Below are positions 26,179 to 37,602 of a DNA stretch of 64,000 nucleotides, piece by piece. The notes under the pieces are model-generated. The model ran no database searches and was not told the DNA's origin. It saw only the letters and a program-made list of their open reading frames with translations. A program made the translations under genes and the position numbers. This DNA comes from Trichodelitschia bisporula. Its lineage: Eukaryota. The stretch's first letter is position 1. Each line of letters starts with the position of its first letter. The stretch spans positions 807,803-871,802 of the forward strand of contig ML996687.1 in the NCBI GenBank assembly GCA_010356995.1, given 5' to 3'.

Positions 26179-27225
26179 CTATCCTTGTATTTCCTCACCG
26201 ACAACAGTTCTCTCGCCCTCTCCAAAGATCGGTTTGAAAATATAGTCATATGTGCGCCATATATTCGCAAAAAGAGCCTCAAATAGCTTTACCAACCACT
26301 TTGGCGAACGACCTCTCTCATCCCGAAAGGTTCTCTGCATGGCGAACAGCACCACCATGATCGGACCCCAAATTAGCAAAAGAAGCACTAGGCCAACGCC
26401 CTGACTTGCTGAAGTCTTCCTGAATGCCTGCAGTGAATCAAGGTAGTCCCGGTATTCATGTGGCAAAGCGTGCTCATCGGCGCCATCTCTAATGAGCTTT
26501 AAATAGCGCGGCGATGGCTGGGCATAAGAGGGATCGGGGCGGCGTAATCGACCACGCAGGTTCAGCCGCATTAGTTGCTGGTCGGAGGGTAGCGGTGCAA
26601 ACAATGTGTGGGCCTTGAATGGCTGGCCTGAAGGTTTCTCAGGGATGCTGTCGCCCGGCGGCAGCGGGTAGCAGTCGACGAGGATATCGCGGTAGGATGA
26701 GCCGCCGCCCTCAGTGGCAATGATGTGGGCGTAGTCCTCGGGCGTGACCTCGTAAACCACGCCGACGAGGCCCTTCTTCCAGCGGTCCTTGCGGTAGCGC
26801 GGCGGGTGCTCAGCCTTGTGCTCAGCGTCATGGTCACGGAGGCCTGTGTTTGCGAAGCATGGCTCCGCGTACGGGATGCCGGGGATGTCGAAAGTCAAGC
26901 GCAGATCTGGGACCAAGACGTTAATTTGCGAGAGGGGTCGCACGCCGCGCCCTTTTTGGAAGGTTTCGTAGCAGAGATTGGAGCCGTATGCGAGGTAGAG
27001 GACCGTATGTGGTTGGTGTTGGTGTTCGATTTGGGCGTCGAGGGTGCCGTGATTGATATCGAAGGGCTTGGATTGGATGGACATCTCGAGGCGCTTGGTC
27101 GAGGGTTCGGGAAGGGGGTGATCCAAGGGAGAGCGAGGGACGCCGCGGTCACGACCTTTGAGCAGAACGAGGACTTTGGAGATGTCGAAGCGATTAGCGG
27201 CGACCAAGGGGCGGTTCTCGGCCAT
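26179..27225 (-). CDS. GliK-like gamma-glutamyl cyclotransferase-fold protein with C-terminal hydrophobic segment
   Basis: YLAYGSNL, IPYAEPCFA, GLVGVVYEVT, IIATEGGG and PSPRYL motifs. Single exon, 348 aa. Confidence 0.8.
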   Translation of the reverse strand: MAENRPLVAANRFDISKVLVLLKGRDRGVPRSPLDHPLPEPSTKRLEMSIQSKPFDINHGTLDAQIEHQHQPHTVLYLAYGSNLCYETFQKGRGVRPLSQINVLVPDLRLTFDIPGIPYAEPCFANTGLRDHDAEHKAEHPPRYRKDRWKKGLVGVVYEVTPEDYAHIIATEGGGSSYRDILVDCYPLPPGDSIPEKPSGQPFKAHTLFAPLPSDQQLMRLNLRGRLRRPDPSYAQPSPRYLKLIRDGADEHALPHEYRDYLDSLQAFRKTSASQGVGLVLLLLIWGPIMVVLFAMQRTFRDERGRSPKWLVKLFEALFANIWRTYDYIFKPIFGEGERTVVGEEIQG

Positions 27226-28018
27226 TTGGGCCTGTTATTTGCGTTATTATTGATGATATCACGGTTGTAGAGACTCTCACATCAGCGGCTCCTTTCAATC
27301 CCTGCATGTTGGCAACGTCGCGATATCCTGCCTCTTGCTGCAATGCTTGATGCCTGGAAATATGAGAACGCGTTGACCTCGCCTTTTATGAATGCCACAC
27401 CGTAAAGCGGGGTGCTGGTCTACTTAAAGTCTGACTCGGCACGGCTTGAGGCCGACTCGGATGCACTTATTTTTGGCGTAAAAGCGGACTGCTGCTTACG
27501 TAAGTAGTTGTCTCAACCCGATAATGGCAGGGAGCAAGTTATGACGCGGGACAATTCACTCCCGTCGGGTGGCGGAGGCAGCCGGCTCCTCTTGTGCCGA
27601 ACCGTAGTGAGCATTAGACCACCTGTCCTTGATCTGCTTGAAAAATGGCGTGTGCCGTGCACTATTCCGTACAGTACCGTACATTACCACCTCCATCACA
27701 TTAAGTGAATCCGGCCATCAACAGGCAGCAAACAATGCCCCTTTCAGCTTAGAGTCAGATGCCGAAAGGAGCCCGGCTGGAACCTCAGAATCACATGAAT
27801 GCAAGGCTCCGCTATTCAACTTTTCTACGGCATACGGCTCGTAGAATGGGCATGCTAACCGATAGGGAAGGTACTACGTCATCAGTATCCCATTACATTA
27901 AGTATACAAGAAAATCTGTCTCATGAGAACATAAGGGTATCCAAGTGTCGTAACCGATCCAAAAGTCGTTTATCATGAGGCGGCCGTTTCGGAGCATCAG
28001 ATAACTTCCTGACATCTC

Positions 28019-29113
28019 TTACATGGCGGCAATGGTCGCGTTTTTGCTGGCGTAGCCGTACGGCACAAATGGGGCGTGTGTGAAGTACGGTTCAAGTACT
28101 TTCTGGCTGTACGTGGTGTCGTCAACGCACATGCCACCCCCGCTGGGCCCAATATGTGGGCAGTGGACCTCCGGGCGGTAAGGAATCATGTTCTCATGAA
28201 CCATGCGGCAGAGAAGCGTATCGCGGCCCAGTTCATACGCAGTGCCAAAGCGCGTCTTCGCTGACAAAAAGTTGAAGCAGTCGGTGGCGTTGTCGTATTG
28301 CTGGTTTTCGCCAGTGCAATATTCGGTGTGCGTTCTGCAGATTCCCGTCGCGATTAGGGGTTGCAAGATGGTAATGGTCTGCTGCGGTGTCGTAGTGCCG
28401 AGCAGCGGCATGGCGAGGCCGAGGAAGTTATCGAAGAAGAATTGGAACCAGCGGAATGTGGCGTCATACTCGACGACCTGGCCCTGGGCATTCCACATGT
28501 TCCAAGTGTCGATTTCAATGGGAACCAGCCTGGCGACGCTGGTGAGATTGAACATGATGATGGTGGAGGCTGAGGCAATGTTTTGGCTCGCAGCGAAATG
28601 CACAATCTCATACGAAACAGGATATCCCAACAGTGTAGTCGCCCCCGGGTTCAAAGCGAGCGTAGCGAACAACCCGAAGAGGTACTCCGTATTCAGCTCG
28701 GGCCCGTCAAAAGTCCGGGTAACGTCCACCCTTCCAAGAACCTGAACAGGAAGGTCCTTTAGCAAGCCAGATATAGCGGCGCGGGGGCGCGTGTGCTCAC
28801 ATTTGGTGCCAGCAAGCTCGAATTGATGCTCTTGGCCTCAGCAACATTATTTGGGTACATAAAGGCATCCCAGAATTTGGTTTGCATCTTCCACATTTCG
28901 TCAAAGGTGAAATTTGGTTGCGCGGAATGGCCTCCCTTCCCTGCCACATAGTCAGAATAGCTTCACCAGCGTCAATGGCTCCGACATACCTCCTCCTCCC
29001 CCTTTGCCGCCAGGGTAACCACCCTTGGGAATGTATGTCGCATTTGTGGCAGGCAGGATGCCCCACCACAGTGTACAGAGCTGAATGACGAACAGTAGTT
29101 TAGAAAGCATCAT
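28019..29113 (-). CDS. Secreted protein of unknown function (signal peptide, Gly-rich linker, Cys-rich C-terminus)
   Basis: Spliced model MMLSKLLFVIQLCTLWWGILPATNA...GGKGGGG|GKGGHSAQPNFTFDEMW...APN|VLGRVDVTRTFDGPELNTEYLFGLF...HCPHIGPSGGGMCVD. Two GT-AG introns. Confidence 0.8.
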
Positions 29114-29641
29114 TGAGAATTGGAGATGGCAGTTACTGTAGCCAGGCTTTCACCGGAACGCAGCTCGAAGGCCTCTCCAGCTTTTAAGTAGCGCATGAGC
29201 TGAGAAGCCCGAGCTCCAGCAGGATACTGCACGCAGCACGCCAAGCAGCGGAGGTCCGCATTCGTTGCATTCGCTCCATCCTTCCATTGCTGCACCGGCG
29301 CACCGTCATGCCGGGCCACGTAGGTTGGTTGGCTGGTTGGCGAAGGACTTGATCGGATCAAGGAAGGGTGTTATGTTGGATAGGCATCGCCACGTAGCGA
29401 AATGGCGGCGTGGGGAGCGGCCTGCCAAGCCACGCATCTAGGTAGTTCTAGGCTGTAAGCCACTAAGTCGACTAACTGTCTGCGGGTTGAACAAGGAAAA
29501 ATAAGATAGAAAGTCAGAGTTATGTACCCACCAATGGGGCATCTACTTGACCGACGCCATCGAACCTCCCGGCGCCCTTTAGCGGTCGATGCGGCAGAGA
29601 GATTCGCAGTAGTCCTGCGGCAAAACGGCGAGCAACACGAA

Positions 29642-29686
29642 GGATGGCTGGAATAGCTGGAATGGCTGGAATGGCTGGATAGCTGT
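29642..29686. repeat. 9-nt tandem repeat (GAATGGCTG-like, about 5 units), intergenic
   Basis: ggatggctg gaatagctg gaatggctg gaatggctg gatagctg. Confidence 0.8.
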
Positions 29687-30869
29687 TGCAAATGGCTAGG
29701 AAGGCCCGGGCATCTGTGAGGGTGAGAGAGTCAGCATCATCGCCATCACCGTCATCGTTAATCTTTTCTTCGCTTGTGCTTCATATCGGCAGGTCAATCT
29801 GACATGGGGAATTAAGAGAAATCCCGGCCATCTGGATCGCACCTCTGACAGCATCATTTTGTTCTTTCCAGCCTCTGAATGAAACTCGAAAGTCGATCTG
29901 AAAAGTATTCGCGACTTGATCTTCCGGAAAGTCGCTTGTGGGAACACAACTGCTTCCCTAGCTGCCGATCAGCGCAGCGGCCGGAGTTGTGTCCTGTTAC
30001 CAGAGCCTCGGCTACGGGTACGAGTATCCCGTCCCCCACACTGTAGTACTACGTATGCACTCAGTGAACCGTTGCAAACAAAGGAAAACCGTCATCTGGT
30101 TCGCACGTCCGTCCGGATCACTTATCTTCACCGGGTGCTACAGCCTTATTAGCTGATCGGTCTCGTCCAGGAACCAGTCCTATTGCTGATGCAATTCCGG
30201 CTCCATCGGCTACCCGCAGGCGCTGAAAGAGCCGCGTGTCAGCCCCCGTAACGTTTCTTCTGCGCTTGTGCGGACGCGGCGGGGGAGCAATATTTAGCAA
30301 AAGCTATTCGTTGCATTCCACGAAACTAATAAACATAAGCCAATGCAGGCATATTTTCATGGACAGAGCAACGAGGAATGTGTTGTGCTGTACGTCACTC
30401 TATGCAAAAGGGACAAGATTGCTGTGCTGCACCTTTCAGCTCGGCCTTGGGAGAGTCTTAACCCATCACCAACCGGCAACGAGTGATGAACGGCCCTTGG
30501 TCCTCGGTGCTATCAACGCTCGGCGTTACGTACGCAACGTTATGTTTACCTCACCGACTTGCGAAACCCAGGGAAAACGGAGCAAATCACTAATCACCGC
30601 TCAACACCACTCCACGTCATTGGCTAATGCGAGGCCAGGCATCTATCAGTGAGACGAATTGGGCAAGCAGCTTCATATTACCCGCGTAGCTTCACGAATG
30701 TTGCATAGAACATCATGCTCGATTACACGCAACTCGCAAGAGGTGATATCCAAGCTATCATCTGGAATACTAATCAGCGCACAACATAAAACAGGGCCAT
30801 AAGTACACAAAGCCAGTTCTCCGTCAGACATCAACAGCCAAACTCGAATCACCGCAACTGGACACGACT

Positions 30870-31958
30870 ATGAGCGCACCCAAAGTCTTTGTTGTTGGGG
30901 GTACTGGAGCTCAGGGCATCCCGGTCATCCGGGGCCTCGTCAAGGATCGGACGTTCAGTGTCAAAGTGCTCACTCGCGATACGACTTCGAAACGAGCGCA
31001 GCAACTGTTGGCTCTCGGAAACGTTGAACTACTCGAAGGCACATTTGCGAGCGAAGCCGATCTCAGGACGGGTTTCTCTGGCTGCGACTACGCCTTTGTC
31101 AACATTGACGGCTTCAACTCTGGGGAAAAAACCGAAATCTTTTGGGCCATCCGCGCCTATGAACTGGCATTTGAGGCGGGCATCAAGTTTTTCGTCTACG
31201 GCAACCTGGATTTCGTCTACAAAAAGAGCGGCTATGACTCGAAATTCCGGTCGGGTCACTATGACGGCAAGGGACGCATCGGGGAATGGATCCTCGATCA
31301 GAACAGGACCAACCAGAATCGGATGCGCGCTGCTTTGTTTACGACCGGGCCGTATATCGAAATGACCATTGCCGCGCGGACCGTCATGACACCCAAGGTC
31401 GAGAATGGTGTTGTGACCTGGCGCGTGCCTTTGGGCGACGGTGCGGTTTGCCACGTCGCATTGGATGACTGCGAGCACTACGTTCGGTGGTTGTTCGATC
31501 ATCAGGACCGAGCCAATGGTATGGACCTAGAAGTGGCAATTGGACACATTCCGTATGTTGAACTGGCGGCCGCATTCGAGAATGTCACTGGCCATCCAGC
31601 CAGATACATCGACGAGTCGTTGGATGAGTACTGGAAAACCGGCCCAATGGCTCCGGCCGCGGATGCACCATGCGGCTACAACTCCAACTTAGCCGATCCT
31701 GCTGCCATGAACATTCGGACGAACTTCACAGGTTTCTGGAATATGTGGAAGTATTCAGGGGGGAATGGAGGTGTCATCAAGCGGGATTATGCGTTGTTGG
31801 ACGAGATCCACCCGAATCGTATTAGGACCGCTGAGGAGTGGTTCCGGCGCGAGGAGAAGCGGGGAATAGAAGTAGGCCTGGGGTCCCTGTGGGAGCGGGT
31901 GAACAATCCGAAGCCGACACTGAAGATTGTGGAAGACGGTGCCAAGGGTAGATTGTAA
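30870..31958 (+). CDS. NmrA-like atypical short-chain dehydrogenase (NAD(P)-binding)
   Basis: VFVVGGTGAQG Rossmann motif, VLTRD, GHYDGKGRIG. Intronless, 362 aa. Confidence 0.88.
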   Translation: MSAPKVFVVGGTGAQGIPVIRGLVKDRTFSVKVLTRDTTSKRAQQLLALGNVELLEGTFASEADLRTGFSGCDYAFVNIDGFNSGEKTEIFWAIRAYELAFEAGIKFFVYGNLDFVYKKSGYDSKFRSGHYDGKGRIGEWILDQNRTNQNRMRAALFTTGPYIEMTIAARTVMTPKVENGVVTWRVPLGDGAVCHVALDDCEHYVRWLFDHQDRANGMDLEVAIGHIPYVELAAAFENVTGHPARYIDESLDEYWKTGPMAPAADAPCGYNSNLADPAAMNIRTNFTGFWNMWKYSGGNGGVIKRDYALLDEIHPNRIRTAEEWFRREEKRGIEVGLGSLWERVNNPKPTLKIVEDGAKGRL

Positions 31959-32744
31959 ATATATGTCCAGAGGCATGCAGAAGGGAGCGTCTACCCTGGA
32001 ACGGTATTTTCAAGGAAAGAGGGGGGGAGGGGGGGTTAGAATGCCTTCATTCACTATCAGTCCAGTTTGTTTGATAATGAGAAGCGAGATGCCGCCGATT
32101 GATCTTAGAGTGACGTTTGAACTGGAGGTTGGTTGCTCCTGGGATTGTTTCCACTCCAATCCCGGAACTTCTTTTTTCCTGTTCACGCGCCTTTCATCCT
32201 CATTCGCCCTTCGGGCTTTTTAGGCTCAGGATGATGAAACAGCAAGATCCACACGTCCACGCAACACCTGCATTGACCTGCATCCAGCTTTTTCCTCCTG
32301 GCCACCGAATTCCATGTCTCCTGAAATGCTTCAGACCAATGTTTCCGATTCTCCCCATCCCCGGCCGCAGCGCCGCCCCTGTCTTTGAGTTCGTTTGGCC
32401 CCGAAAACCACACCATGCTAGGCTACAAGCGCCAGACCTGGGGCAGCATTCGTTGACCGTTACGAAGGTACGAAAATGATACCAGTCAATCTACTGCCCT
32501 GGTATGCATATCTTTGCCTGAGTGGAGAAGGGGGAGGCTCTTTGAGACTATGCGGACCATAAGTTTCCACACGTCATGGACAGTATAAGAGACTGGCCTT
32601 GGCTGTTTGTGTAGTGGTGAAATACTGTATCAGTCGTCCATCTTCTCTCACCACTTTTCTTCAACCGGCAGTGCCGCTTCTTGCCTTCAGTTCATCAATT
32701 TTTGTACATATACCCGAAGGCAGGTCCTTCAAGTCTATTCAAAA

Positions 32745-33541
32745 ATGCGTTTCTCTCACCTTCTACTCGCTGTCTGCTTTGCGGCCCTTTCTGCCGCAAA
32801 GACCCACCACGGGAACCGCAATGGGACAGCCACAGCTGCCGCAGGACGACAGGGTGGGCGGGCAAGCGGCAATGGGACAGCATCCGCGTCTGGGGCATCT
32901 ACAAGGGCGCAGTGCGCTGAAGTCAAGCGGCTGACTACACTCACCGAACTCGCCGCAAACACCACTCAACTCACCGAGCTTCAAACGAAGCAAAACCTCA
33001 CGGTTGCTGATATCGACGACATCAAGCAAGCAGCCGCCAACGCCAAGACGCGCCTTACCGCGCTTCGGAGTAACTCTACTCTTATTGCAGCCTGTGCAGT
33101 GGTTGAGGCAGACAATAAACTCCAGAGCCAGTGCCACCAGATCCAACGTTTGACCAAGCTTGCTGGTTTGGCCAACAATGCAGCCGCGTTGCAGGAGCTG
33201 CAGACGAGGAGAAACCTTACTGCCACTCAGCTCGACGAGATCAAGGTGCAGGCCTCCAATGCCACCACTCGGCTGCGGGAACTCCAAGCCAACACCACCT
33301 TGACAGCCAGCTGCCAGAATCAGAAAGCAAGCAATGGCAAGAAGAATCAAACAGGTGAGGCTGCCTAACCTTTCTAACCGTATCACTGAGCTAACCCCCG
33401 AAAGGCGTTGGGGCGGCTGGCACCCCGCCGTCCGGTAACAAGGTTACTCGAAGCATTGAAGCAAGCGCTGCAAGCAACAACTTCATGCCGAACGGGTTTT
33501 TCGTTTTGGTTGCTGGCGCTTCGCTTGCTTTAGCACTTTGA
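32745..33541 (+). CDS. Secreted, probably GPI-anchored surface protein with two ~62-aa Cys-bounded repeats
   Basis: Signal peptide MRFSHLLLAVCFAALSAA. Repeats QCAEVKRL...NSTLIAAC and QCHQIQRL...NTTLTASC. After an intron (about 33355-33404) the tail is SAASNNFMPNGFFVLVAGASLALAL*. Confidence 0.8.
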
Positions 33542-33775
33542 AGTGATTGATATTATGCACGGGGGAGATGCTCGTCTCTGGCAGACAGAAATCGGGGAAG
33601 GAGAGTTGAAGACAATGTCATACTTCAAATCAGATCAAACTATGGGATGGGAACCTTGTACATAGGAAGCGTCGCACACCAAGCGAACAAATAAGAACAT
33701 TCGTTCATCAGCTTCATACTTCATTACAGGGATATATCTCTGATATCGTACATGGGTACGCTCGAGACGGGAGAC

Positions 33776-34993
33776 TTATGTTGAATCGTCGCCCTCAGTA
33801 GTCGTTCGTCGTCTCTCCATGGCTCTCTTGATAGCACCGCTCACCTCGGGATTGTTCCTGATCTCATTCTGGACCAACCACGCTGTTAGTTGTTGTTGGA
33901 GCCTGTCCTCGGCCGAAGGGTCGTCCGCAAAAGGCGTCAGTTCAAGTTCGAGGAGTTTCTTCACGTTCCCGTCGACAGCTCCGATCAGAAGCGCTAACTG
34001 ATCTATCGTTTGACGCTGGACAACTTCCACGTTTCCTTGGTTGGTGGGGCTCCGAAATAGTGGAGTTAGCTGAGCAACGGCGATGAAGAATGACAGCGCA
34101 ATTTTACGTGCGAGGATGATGGCCTGGAACGGCAGGTAGGGCGGGCGAAGTCTTAATGTTGTGCAAAGAGGGTTGATCAACCGGGCTACCAGCGGAGGGA
34201 AATCAGGACGAGTGATAGTATGCGCCTCGAAGACAAGCATCGCTGCCAGAGCAAGATAACGCCACTGTTGATGATTAAAAAAACTGCATTTCCTGGTGCA
34301 ACGATACTTACGTAGCGCCCGTCTTCCATGTAGCCGAGCACACTCATGACAACCAGCATCAAAGCGCTCCCTAGGTAGTATGGTGCGATAGTCTGCGCAC
34401 CGGTCACGACGAAGTCAAATACCGTTTTGCACGAGCGCCATTGCAAAATAATCTGTCCGAAACGATCATATGCAAAGCGCTTTGCAGGATCGGTGAGCAC
34501 ATCGTGGGCTTGCTTGAGGTGGATGAACCCGGCTTCAGCTTGCTGCCGGAATTCGGGCATCACCTTGTCAGGATGAAGTCGGACTGAGCTATAAGCGCGC
34601 GTTAATAGCGACCTTGAGATATAAGTGGACTCAAAAGGACGTACATCTTGCGAAACTGGGTTCTAATGGTCCTCTCGTCGGCGTCAACTGGCACACTGAG
34701 ATCTCGGTAGAAAGTGCTGGCCCGCTGCAGTTCCCAGTCCGCTTCATATATTGTGTAGAGCAGATACGCAGCAATGACCAGAATGAATATGTTCTTCCGG
34801 TGCTTCGCCCATCTGGGCTCGCCGGGACGCGGTTGGTGTTCGCCGGCACGTAGGGTAATGCGATAGTAGAATGTCTGGAGCCATCCTGTTACAAGCTGGC
34901 CGATGTTAGTAGGCGCGATGAGAAATAAATTAAGAGCTTGCTTACATTTGGCAAAACGTACCACGCGCCCCATGAAAAAAGTTGGCTTGACAT
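33776..34993 (-). CDS. Membrane-associated DnaJ-domain protein
   Basis: Starts MSSQLFSWGAWYVLPN. J-domain with RLHPDK and LTDPAKRFAYDRFG. Several transmembrane segments and 3 introns. Confidence 0.87.
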
Positions 34994-35416
34994 CGTGGGT
35001 GCGAGGCAAGGGGTCGAGGAAGTGAGAGCTGGCGACCGTCATGCGGCGTCCACTGGAGACAGCCACATTGCATGTCCAGGGTCCACTCGGCTCGCCTTCT
35101 GTTGTACCGTACGGTAGCTACCGTATTTTTACAGGGATGGCTGCGCCGTGTCGATCTTCCGAGTCCGATCCGACCCTGGCGACTTTGAATGTCGGAAAGA
35201 TCCGACTTGGCACATCAACTTTATAGAGTGGGACAGGTACATCCGTATTAGATGCTACGGATTACTTCACTTTTCACGACTGTTTTGATCCCACACTGTG
35301 CCGTGGAATGCAAGGTAACAAATTGCTGGCATATTTATCTCGCCAGCAGCACATCCAACTGTTCAAGAACCCGAGACCCCTCCCGCAGGAGTGGTCTTGC
35401 TAAACTTCATCCAAGC

Positions 35417-37040
35417 TCAGAGCGCGCCCTCGTCATTGGGACGAGTTTCAGACGCCGATGGGTCTGCAATGTGATCGCCTTCAAATATAAAGCCAATCTC
35501 TACTAAACTTGTAGGTGAACACCCAAAAGTTTTCCTATGCTCCAAGAATGCCTTTCTGATTGCCGGAAACCGCTCACGCACCCAAAATTCCTTCTCCCCC
35601 CACTTCTTCGGAAGCTTTCCTCTCCCGCCATGGTCCAACCCTTCCCGAGGCTCAGCGCTTGCGGCCCAGTCATAGAGCATATTGATGTACTGCGCGTCTT
35701 TTGGGAAATTGAGCCTGTGGAAGCTTCTTCCGTTGCTAGACTGAGCAATATGAGCGGCCTCCCATGACTCCAGTTCTTCCACGGACGGCAAAGAAAGGCG
35801 TCCGGAGTAGAGGCGAGCAAGCACGGCAGCTTGCGCCTCTGACAATGGAAATGGAATGACCTTCTGCGGGAGCGCAAGGAAGGCCAAGGTCGGTGCAGGC
35901 GTATAGATCAGGTGAAGGCATGTGTGCTTAACCCTCAAGCCATCAGAAATTGGTGGTGGTTTAAGCTTGTCGAGAAATGGCATGGAGTAGAGGTAGCCGG
36001 TGCAAAAAAGAACATGGTCGACCTGTGCCTCGCTGCCATTGGCAAATAGAACGGATTGGTTCTCAGGAATGAACTTTGAAATCTCAGGGACGAGTTGAAT
36101 GACTGAATTCGAAGCAAACCCAGCTTCCAAAGAAGAATGGGACCTTTCAGCAACGAATAAGGTTCCTTGACAGACAGCGGCAAGTTGAGAAGCGATGTCG
36201 AGGCCGGATGCGCTGCTTCCAACAACGACGATTCTCTTCCCCATAAACTCCTCGGGCCTGCGGTAGTACTTAGAGTGTGATATTGCGCCTGGATATCGCT
36301 CCGCCCATGCCCGGACGCCCGGGATGTCGGGGACATACGGGACACTGTAATGCCCAGACGCGACTATAACAGCATCATATATGCTCGTCTGATTCCGCCC
36401 CAAATCAAGATCGAGCGAATCGACCCTCCATTGAGCATGAATCAAAGTCGGGTCACTTGAAGCTCCGTGAAGAGGCCGAACATCCAGGACCTGCCGTCGA
36501 AATTTGATCAAGCTTCGAATGTCGCCGGCGTAGTTCTGTAGATAACTTTGCACTTGGGAATGCTTTGGGAAGAGAGGGATGTCGTCTGCAAAGTTCAGAT
36601 CAGAAAAGCCCATCAAACACCTAGGAATGTTGGTTTCCAGCAGGTCATAAACCGGGCTTAGGAAGACTGGTTGTTTCAAACGGTCCGCGGCTTGGCCGTT
36701 GATGGGATGTTTGGTCCGCCATACCGGCTGTTCAGGTCCAAGATGAGCATCTGTTTGCGGGACGGAGAAGAGGTGATCTCCAGAACTCTCAGGCGTATAC
36801 CCCCAAACTCCGCCGATGTCGTCTCGCTGCTCAAAGACATCTATTGTCTGGAAGGCCCCTTCATTCTTGAGATATCTGACCAAAAATTAGTTCGGCAGAA
36901 GCCTACAGCCTACACACGTACTTCGCTGCAGCGAGGCCAGCTGGTCCCGCGCCTATAATGGCTACTTTATGGACATCGAAATGGAGTCTTTGCGACAGTA
37001 TTTCGTCCTTAGATATCAGTTGAGAAGAGCGGGTTGCCAT
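35417..37040 (-). CDS. FMO1: Flavin-containing (thiol-specific-type) monooxygenase
   Basis: VAIIGAGPAG in exon 1, FEQRDDIGGVW, YDLLETNIP, ASGHY, ISHSKYY, VVGSSASG, FCTGY. Confidence 0.88.
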
Positions 37041-37602
37041 GTTTCAAGTGGATGACACCGAGAGTTTCAAGATAAGATCTGTTTCTGGATGGGGATTAAG
37101 CCAAGAAAACCTTTGAATTGCACCATTGGCTTGCAACATTTCGAATCCAAAGTCGCTAACGCAAGCTTGGTCAGGACTTCTAGCCCGGCGCCTGAAGGAG
37201 AGTCACAATGCTAATGGCACTACAAAGGGATAGGCACAAGTGAGTGGGAAATTGTGGGTTATCACCGGCTCGACGCCGTGTACATCCGTAGACCATGACA
37301 TCCCGCTGCAGTTAGGAAGTGTGGAGTGAGATATTGCCTCTCAAGCCATTATGAATGGACGGTGACTTGGATACGATGTCAGGAAGCTGGCCACTTTACA
37401 CAAGAAGGGAACAAAACACGCAGCGCGTACACTGCGGTACGTAGTAGACGCGTCGGCACGTGGATTGAACAGCATCCTAAGGTACGCACGGAGCGCAAAG
37501 CGAGCTTGCCATCAAGAGACGCCAAGAGCGCCCTTGCTCATAAAATTTTCGACAAGCTCCCAATGTTCCTCGCTCCCCAACTCTCTCCTTCACGCATCTA
37601 AC

